Shown piece by piece: positions 52,059-64,000 of a DNA stretch of 64,000 bases (its first letter is position 1; each line of letters begins with the position of its first letter). Origin of the DNA: Amoebophrya sp. A120 (Eukaryota; Protista; Dinoflagellata); the NCBI GenBank assembly GCA_905178155.1, contig CAJINV010000001.1:1911904-1975903 (forward strand), written 5' to 3'. Below the pieces are notes generated by a model that made no database searches, had not been told where the DNA came from, and saw only the letters and a program-made list of their open reading frames with translations. Position numbers and translations under genes: made by a program.

Positions 52059-52936
52059 TCAGTTGGGGTATCCCGGCAACAGCCGGACGTCGACACTTTG
52101 CGCATACCTGGCGCGTTTGAGACTTTCGAGCCCCAAATCCGCGTCCTCGTACCCCCGGCACTTTTCGGGCGCGACGTTCAAGCGCTTGGCAGCTTCGAGA
52201 AACAAATCCGGAGCGGGTTTTCCGTTCACCACGTCCTCTCGCGTCACGATCGTTTCGAAGAGCTCCGTCAGGCCATTTCGCTCCAGGTCCGCAAGCACGT
52301 GGGCTTTGTCCCCGCTGCTGGCCACGGCGAGTTTTTTCTGACCTTGTTTTTTCGCCTCCTTCGCAAACCGAGTCACACAGGTAATTTCCCCCGGGTATTC
52401 ACCTGATGGTGGTCGTATAGTATTGGAATGGAAACGCGTGGTTGTAATGGTGTCGTAGGTACGATCTACGGCACTTGTTGCGACGTCAAGAAAGTCGTAA
52501 ATTTGAAAGTCCCCGCAGTAGACTGGGACTAGATTCCATTCGTCAAAGCGTATTTATCAAGTGAATACTTACTACCTTTCGCCCTCATAGCCTCAACGAT
52601 TTGAAACTTTTCGTCCAGAAATTTATCCACAAACGCCTGGTCAGTGCTGGAGTACCCCTCCGACGCGTCCAGTACTTGCTCGACAATTTGCCTCACGGGG
52701 GTGCCGGCAAGCGCGTAAAATTTGGATTTTGGGAAGTTCAGCTTGTATTTTTCGACCAGCTGCGCCCAGCCAATCCAAAAGTATTCCATGCTGTTTACCA
52801 AGGTGCCATCGCAGTCAAAAATCAACGCGTCTATCACGCTGTCGTCCAAAGAAGTCTCCTGCTGCGCAGTGTGGTCCGAGCCTCCTCGTGGTGCGCTTGT
52901 TGCGGGCACGGCAGCGGAGTTGTCATCTCCTGCCAT
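52059..52936 (-). CDS. HAD-superfamily phosphatase (YqaB/beta-phosphoglucomutase-like)
   Basis: IFDCDGTLVNS, AVASSG, GKPAPDLFLEAA, YEDADLG; GT-AG intron 52403-52575. Confidence 0.92.
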
Positions 52937-53752
52937 GGTGTCCTGGTGCGCCTGGTGACGAATGCTTTGTAGTTTACAGAACCGAATTGGAATTATGAAC
53001 TTAAACGTAGACTTTTAATTTGATTTCGAGAAGAAAGCACTTATACTTAATTAGTTACGGCGTTACTTATTTTCTCTTTCTTCACACACAAAAACTACTA
53101 AAACCATGAATGTGCTAGAAATCGTTGTAAGAGAACCAATCCGATCCATGCAATAATAACTGTTATTTGTACTTAGCGACTCGGAACGGAATCTCAATCC
53201 TGAGCGCGAATTGGCGCTGGAATGGGAGCGCAACCTGCGCAAGTGAAAGACAATTGCAAGCGGTGCAGCTGCAACTTTTTACGCATCTCGATCCATCGTT
53301 GTTCATCCGGTATGGTATAGTCGTATCCAGCAAACATGATAACCGACCGTCGAAACGAGATCCAGAAAAAACTACATTCTTATTGCCTGGATGTGGTGGA
53401 TCCATCATCATCTACCACCTTCATCTGCTGGTGCTGATCATCTCCGTGAAATATTTCTCTCTTTATCCTTATCCTGCAGCTGCCATGTACTATATCTATG
53501 AAATTGTATCAAGAACCGATGTCAACACACTGAAAGAATTCAAAACAAGATCAGCAGGCGACCGCACCGCAATGCAGCGGAAATTCGAGACAAGCAATAC
53601 GCTGCCTCGTCCCCGTCCGCTTCGAGCGAACAGGAAGGCTTCTGTTTTTTCTCGCATTCATCTGACTTTGTGCCGCTAATGCTAAATAAACAGTAGCAAA
53701 GCACTGGATGTGTTGTTGGTTCCTCGCTTTGGATTTTACTATATTGTCAGTT

Positions 53753-54922
53753 CTACTTCTTTTCTCTTGCCCCAAAAATACTGCTTCCCACGCGCACCGA
53801 CGTCGAGCCTTCTTTTATCGCGATGGTAAAGTCGTTACTCATTCCCATGGAGAGCTCCAATCCAACTTTTCGTCCTTGCTCACCGGTGGACGAAGAGTAA
53901 CCTTGTCGCAGAAGGGTTTCTGCGTCCAAGTCGGCCATGGCCTCCTGGAGCTGTTTTCTGCAACTTTGCAGCAGCGCGAAGTCTTCCGTGCGACAGCCAC
54001 TGTAGTCTGGCGCGCCGATGGTCATGAGGCCCTTTAGTCGGAGATTCGGGCAAGTCTTCCAGATGAAATTCGCGAGTGGGAGGAGATCTTCTGCGGAAAT
54101 ACCGTTTTTCGATTCCTCTCCACTGCTGTTCAACTGCAAGAAAATGTCGAGCGCCGCAGTCGGAAAGAGCTTCTCCACTGTCTGGTTTAGAAGTTTTGCC
54201 AATTTCTCGCTGTCAACAGTTTCCACCGTGAGGTTCAGGCGGGGGGCTTCAACTTTTGATTGTTCTACTTCTACTGATGCGCCATTTTTATCGACAAGAA
54301 CCTTTGCGCCCTTCAACAACTGTTGCGCCTTGTTGCTCTGCAAGTGGCCGATAAAGTGCCACCTGATATCTGGTAAGTCTGTCAGCTCCTCCATCTTCTG
54401 GGCAAGTTCCTGCACGTAATTTTCGCCGAAATAGCGCTGGCCGTGCCTGTAGGCTTCGCGAATCATGTCTGACGGTTTCGTTTTGGAAACGGCGACTAGT
54501 CGGACTTTAATACCACCGCTTTCGTTGGAGGTGGATGATTCTTGCTGTCTGCTGCTCGCTGCCTCTTCGACTTTCGCCAAAACCGACTTCAGATTATTTG
54601 CAATGGGCTCGAGCAGTGCCGCCGGAGTGCTGGCAGCAGATCCAGCTTCTTGGGAAGCTTCTGTCGCCATGGTTCTGAAATTTCGCGGCACAAACGCTAA
54701 GGTATTGCTCCTACTCAAAGGTCGTGGATGAAAACGGAGAGTGGAGTTAATATCATGGTTCGAAACAGGTTTATTTCGCGAAAAAATTCTACTTTCAAAA
54801 CAAAGCAAGTTCGTTTGCTTTATGCCTACCAGTTCGTGCGCTGTATGCCTAATCCCAAGGCTTCTAGGGAAGTCGCGTCGGCCAGCATACAACCACGAGG
54901 ATACCGACCTGGAGGTAAACAT
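53753..54922 (-). CDS. PLPBP: Pyridoxal phosphate homeostasis protein (YggS/PROSC) with basic N-terminal extension (possible mitochondrial transit peptide)
   Basis: LVAVSKTKP, FGENYVQE, WHFIGHLQSNK, LSMGMSNDF, VRVGSSIFGAR; single exon. Confidence 0.96.
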   Translation of the reverse strand: MFTSRSVSSWLYAGRRDFPRSLGIRHTAHELVGIKQTNLLCFESRIFSRNKPVSNHDINSTLRFHPRPLSRSNTLAFVPRNFRTMATEASQEAGSAASTPAALLEPIANNLKSVLAKVEEAASSRQQESSTSNESGGIKVRLVAVSKTKPSDMIREAYRHGQRYFGENYVQELAQKMEELTDLPDIRWHFIGHLQSNKAQQLLKGAKVLVDKNGASVEVEQSKVEAPRLNLTVETVDSEKLAKLLNQTVEKLFPTAALDIFLQLNSSGEESKNGISAEDLLPLANFIWKTCPNLRLKGLMTIGAPDYSGCRTEDFALLQSCRKQLQEAMADLDAETLLRQGYSSSTGEQGRKVGLELSMGMSNDFTIAIKEGSTSVRVGSSIFGAREKK

Positions 54923-55439
54923 TCTGCTAAAATATTAAGACCTAGACAGAGTTATCACTTATCCTCATCGTCATCTCCGCCATCAAAGAAACAAATTTTC
55001 TTGTGGTGCTGGTGTAACGAACTTGTTTGCGCTCCCGAGCGAGCGTTCGCCGATAGAAAAGATATTGCATTCATGATCAGCATCTTTCTTTGTAGATGAT
55101 CCCTAGTTGGAGTTGGTCGGAGAACTGGAAGTGGATCATTTGAAGACAAGAATGTCATCGAGGGTCATCAGATCATCGCGACCAGAAACTCGCATGACGT
55201 GTGCGCACGTGAACTTCTTGAAGGAACAGCTTCTCCCAACCAGACCACTTCTCGCCCCAAGCAGATACCTAGGGCACACGCACCGAAACAGGGAGGCAGT
55301 AGGCGAACACACAGGTGGTATCGCCCAGCCACATATAACTCCCGCGCTGGGGCGTAGTATTCATCATCAGGTTGCTTTGGTTTACAAAAAAAGGTTTTCG
55401 CTGGTATCTGTGTATAGCAGTACTTCTTGACACGACTTT

Positions 55440-57566
55440 TTATCTTTGCTTCGTTTCCAAGCGCATGCCCCTCGAGGACGCGATGCAGTCACAATCGTTC
55501 AGCCATCTGTCGAAATCGTAGAGTTGGTTCCACTTCGCCCACCACTTTTCTTTTCTCCGCATCAGTTTCTGGACGCGGCAGTGATTTTGTGCGTCTGGCG
55601 ATTCGACATCGACGCGGAGGTCCTCGCGTGGGGCTTTTGACGAAATTTTCTGGTCTTCGTTGCCCTGATGATTTTCACCTTTACAGCTCCCTTTGATTTG
55701 GTGCTTTTGCAGCTTTTCTACATCTACTCCTTCCTCCGGGTCTGACACCTTCTGATCAACAGGTTTGCAGCTCTCTTGCCTTTGACTCGCTTCCAGCAAC
55801 AAAACCTTTTGTCGCTCTCTCGTCCTCGGTAGCTGCTGCTTCTCGTAAAAGTTCAGCCAGAAGTCGTCGGTGTAAAATTTCTTGGGTTCTTGAAGATGTG
55901 GCGTGCTTCTTTCTTGTTGTCGACGATTATTTTGTCCTCTTCTCGGTTCCATTTCCAAGTTCGGGCTCGCGTCGCAGGCATTGAAAAATCTCCGGCCTGG
56001 CGGGTGAAACCAAGCATTTATTGCGAGGTGCTTGCAGTCTGAGGTCGAGTCAGCTGAAGGACAACTCGTACTGCAGGAATGCACTTCGTGGAACCAAGAG
56101 GCCGGTAAGTAAAGCATCTCCCCAGCTTCCAAAGTCACCGTGAGTGGCTGCAAACCTGACGATGCAGCAACTTCAGCTGCTGTGAAATGGGAGAAGTGCG
56201 GCGGCAGATTACCTGTTGCGCCGTCAGGTTTCCTTTTATCTTCGCCGAGTGACGTCGTGCTATCCGAGCTGATGTCCTCTTCGTCACTGCTGCAGCTTGA
56301 AAAATCCGTGCGGCGCCGCTTGTTCTGGATGGTATCCTTCGAACTACCACGATCCCGGCGTCGTTTTCCTCCTCGTCCTCTCGTCTGATGTCGTAGCAGC
56401 GCCTGCTCCAGAAAGGCCTCGTCCTCATCGCTGTCAACTGTTGTATTCGAGGTTGTATTTTTCTTTCGTGGTCTCTTGTAAAAATCAGCGGCCTTTTCGT
56501 CCTCCACGACGCTACAGAGCGCTCCATCGCTGCGGACTTCAGCGTCGTAAGTCAAAAGTCCATTCCAATGGCAGACCCGCTTCGTGCTCGTATACTTTTT
56601 GATCGTGTTCTTGGTCGTTGTGTGCGTCGCTTTTCCACCGTCGTCCTGGTTCGTCGTATTTTTAAAGACGATTTCGTGCATATCTGGCGGGAAAAGGAGA
56701 AACCTCTTCCTCCCTTCGTGTAGGTAGTACAAATTGTCGTGGAAATCGTGGTGCAGCGGTGTTTGCGCCTTTTCCCGACCATACCACAGGTTGTACTGGT
56801 AGGGGATCAGGTGATTCCCCAGAATTCGGTCCGCGAAAAAATCCTGTGCGACATCGAAAAGCGTTGCTGTAGCGGAGCGTTGTTCATCCACTTGCTTGGC
56901 AGCCGGCGGTGCTGAACCATTTTGTGCAGTTGCTGTCGTGTGCAAAAAATGATCTCCACAGAGCACCGCGTTTCGCCCATAATCGTCCTGCGGCAGTGGC
57001 TGGGTTGTCAAATAAAGCTTTTCACGAGATGTACTAGAGCTGTTCCTGTTTCCACTACTACATGAGCTTTTGCTCGTTTTCCCAGCCAAGCTTTGCTCAA
57101 ACTCTGCGAAACGGCAGACGGCACGCTCCTCTGCACTCCGGGAGCCAAACTTGTTGTTCGACCTGCTAGTGATATCTTCACTATCAGGAGAACATGCCGG
57201 TGAGACGTCTCCACCCTCTGCCAATTCTTCTTTTTCAAACGCGACCTTGGTGTCCTCTCCGCACCAATGCGATATCGACTGTCCCTGCAATAGTTCCGGC
57301 ACGTTTTGCACGATCACCGGCTGTCGCTTGTCCACATACAACTCACAGAACGTTTCCGCGCCGGGCCAATTTCTGTAGTCGATCTTGGGAATGCTGGGAG
57401 CCTCGATCTTCGTATTGGTTTCCTTCATGTAGTTGCCCGGTGCGGGTGCCGGTATCGCGTTTCTTGCAGTCATAATTGATTCTCGTGTCAGAGCTGTGTC
57501 CTGTTCGTCATCAACTTCGAGTACTTCGGGTGAAATAAGAGCCTCGGGATGTATCTCTATACACAA
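55440..57566 (-). CDS. JmjC/cupin-8 domain 2-oxoglutarate oxygenase
   Basis: TPLHHDFHDNLY...GRKRFLLFPP and LEAGEMLYLPASWFHEV (HxD...H triad). The ORF begins with TTG and the first ATG is at 57473, so an upstream exon is possible. Confidence 0.88.
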   Translation of the reverse strand: MCIEIHPEALISPEVLEVDDEQDTALTRESIMTARNAIPAPAPGNYMKETNTKIEAPSIPKIDYRNWPGAETFCELYVDKRQPVIVQNVPELLQGQSISHWCGEDTKVAFEKEELAEGGDVSPACSPDSEDITSRSNNKFGSRSAEERAVCRFAEFEQSLAGKTSKSSCSSGNRNSSSTSREKLYLTTQPLPQDDYGRNAVLCGDHFLHTTATAQNGSAPPAAKQVDEQRSATATLFDVAQDFFADRILGNHLIPYQYNLWYGREKAQTPLHHDFHDNLYYLHEGRKRFLLFPPDMHEIVFKNTTNQDDGGKATHTTTKNTIKKYTSTKRVCHWNGLLTYDAEVRSDGALCSVVEDEKAADFYKRPRKKNTTSNTTVDSDEDEAFLEQALLRHQTRGRGGKRRRDRGSSKDTIQNKRRRTDFSSCSSDEEDISSDSTTSLGEDKRKPDGATGNLPPHFSHFTAAEVAASSGLQPLTVTLEAGEMLYLPASWFHEVHSCSTSCPSADSTSDCKHLAINAWFHPPGRRFFNACDASPNLEMEPRRGQNNRRQQERSTPHLQEPKKFYTDDFWLNFYEKQQLPRTRERQKVLLLEASQRQESCKPVDQKVSDPEEGVDVEKLQKHQIKGSCKGENHQGNEDQKISSKAPREDLRVDVESPDAQNHCRVQKLMRRKEKWWAKWNQLYDFDRWLNDCDCIASSRGMRLETKQR

Positions 57567-58049
57567 TGATCTTCAAATTGAGCAGGACATAGAAGTGCGC
57601 TACTTCAACTTCTTCAACATCTAAATCGCCCTCAATTTTACACGACGGAATCCTGCAACTTAGGAACTCTGATAAATGTACGGAGATGGCAATTGTTGAC
57701 TTTATTGTTGACTCCTGCCATCTGATACTACAGGTACAGGGATAGTAGACGTAGTAAAGCTTGGACTTTTACGACTCGACATGAGCGATCGTCCACGAAT
57801 CAAGTGCACCGCCTGATCGTTCTTGTCCGGAGGACATAGTAGTGACCCAATTTTCATTTCATATTTGGCGATCCATATAGCAAGAATAGCACTGCATGAT
57901 CCTACCATAAATACATCAAGATGAAGATCACAGTTTTGCTTTTTGGTATGATGATCGTCAACTTCTTCTTGATCTTTGTTGCTTTCTTCACCTGCCTGGG
58001 CGCGGCGTCGCGTCAAACAAGGTTCGAGGCCCTTCGTGCTTCTTGTTCT

Positions 58050-58091
58050 TTTTTCGCGTTGATCACGAGCTTTTTCGCGTTGATCACGAGC
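58050..58091. repeat. Perfect 21-bp tandem duplication
   Basis: tttttcgcgttgatcacgagc twice (58050-58070 and 58071-58091). Confidence 0.9.
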
Positions 58092-58593
58092 TTGATCAAA
58101 CACCTTTCTTCTTCAGACAGTACTACCCTCACATTGTTTGATCATCCTCTTCAGTTCGCTGTCGCCAAATGCAAATATCGAGCTGCGAAGCGGATTGGGA
58201 ATTTTGGTGTGTCCACGTCAGGAACTACCACGGTAAAAAGCAGTTAGATAATAATTTCCAACAAGTTCATCATCTCGTACCCACCATAATTCAACTTTTT
58301 CTTAATTCTCAAAAAATACCGAGCAACTTTGGCTCGACATGAGGACTCAACTCCACTTTACAAAAAACAAATATTCTCAGACTTGACTCCGCCGTGGCTC
58401 TTTGGCCGTCTGCGAAGTTTTTGAGTTTGTCGAAAAAAATGAAATAGAAATGAAAGCGATCTCTTCTCCTAAATCGTTAAAAGTCTCTGCCACAATCCTT
58501 AAGCCTAAGTGATGAAGTAGTCGCGGTTATAAGTATATAGTTAAAATGAAAATGAAAAACGAAGTAGCAATGTTAGACGTGTAACTGCTCTCG

Positions 58594-63493
<4,900 letters not shown>

Positions 63494-64000
63494 TTTGCTC
63501 TTGCAGGCTGCGGCTCTTCGTGGCCTTGTTCAAGAACGAAGCAGGTGATGCTGCGCCCGTGATGAACAGGTGATACCTTGCTTCCGAAAGCAGGAAAGGA
63601 GCCGCACGCTACCGAAACATTTTATGACTTTTGTTGTTTGTTCCTCCTGGTACGCTTATCGATATAAAACTTGAATCACAATTGGTTCACATTTTTGAAT
63701 TGACGTGTAGGGCCACGAAATCATGAACTTCCGTTTACATACACTATCTTTTCTATTTTGAGTTTATGGAGGAAGCCAAAGCAGCAGCATTTTCACGCAA
63801 ATTTTGTTCTCACAGCTTCATCTCGCACATCAACAACTCTGGTGTACATCAACACAGTCAATAGTCCACCCTTTTGCTTTTCTTTGCTCAGCAACAAGAT
63901 TCACTTTGCAGTAGTTGCTGTCATTTTATTTCCTCATAACTTGTTCTGTTCTTTTGGAAGAACGATGGAAAGAACCTGGCTTTTGCACTTGCCATGAAAA

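Noticed and set aside
57702-58103. 133-aa ORF with a ARDQREK duplication
   Set aside because: Non-ATG start and no domain. It could be a 5' exon of the JmjC gene, but this cannot be supported.
58326-58340. tttggctc resembling the dinoflagellate spliced-leader end (TTTGGCTCAAG)
   Set aside because: Only 8 nt match, on the non-coding strand; expected by chance.

Overview
Eukaryotic, intron-rich, gene-dense window, most likely from a myzozoan alveolate. The Toxoplasma-like long ATP synthase subunit d, unidirectional gene order and non-canonical introns fit the parasitic dinoflagellate Amoebophrya (inference). About 13 genes were found, all on the minus strand: a divergent kinesin-3-like protein, aconitase, ATP synthase d, PEX7, a CheR-like methyltransferase, an unknown gene running into a 7.6-kb A-rich tract (probably corrupted sequence), an FkbM-type methyltransferase, RPC3, a HAD phosphatase, PLPBP, a JmjC protein and MCM5. 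The dominant system is 32 MITE-like 'introner' insertions (121-308 bp, at least 7 families plus singletons) sitting in coding exons. Each has TAT...ATA-type termini with terminal inverted repeats, a 5-bp target-site duplication (TSD) and internal GCAT(G/T/C)ACAAA motifs. For the 31 with intact flanks, removing the element plus one TSD copy restores the reading frame without GT-AG ends, and this works in either element orientation. Ordinary GT-AG introns occur in the same genes. Introners of this general kind are published for Amoebophrya. The orientation independence, cross-family motif and transcription-polarised constraints at the termini are the parts that may be new. All gene models were assembled by hand, without RNA evidence.
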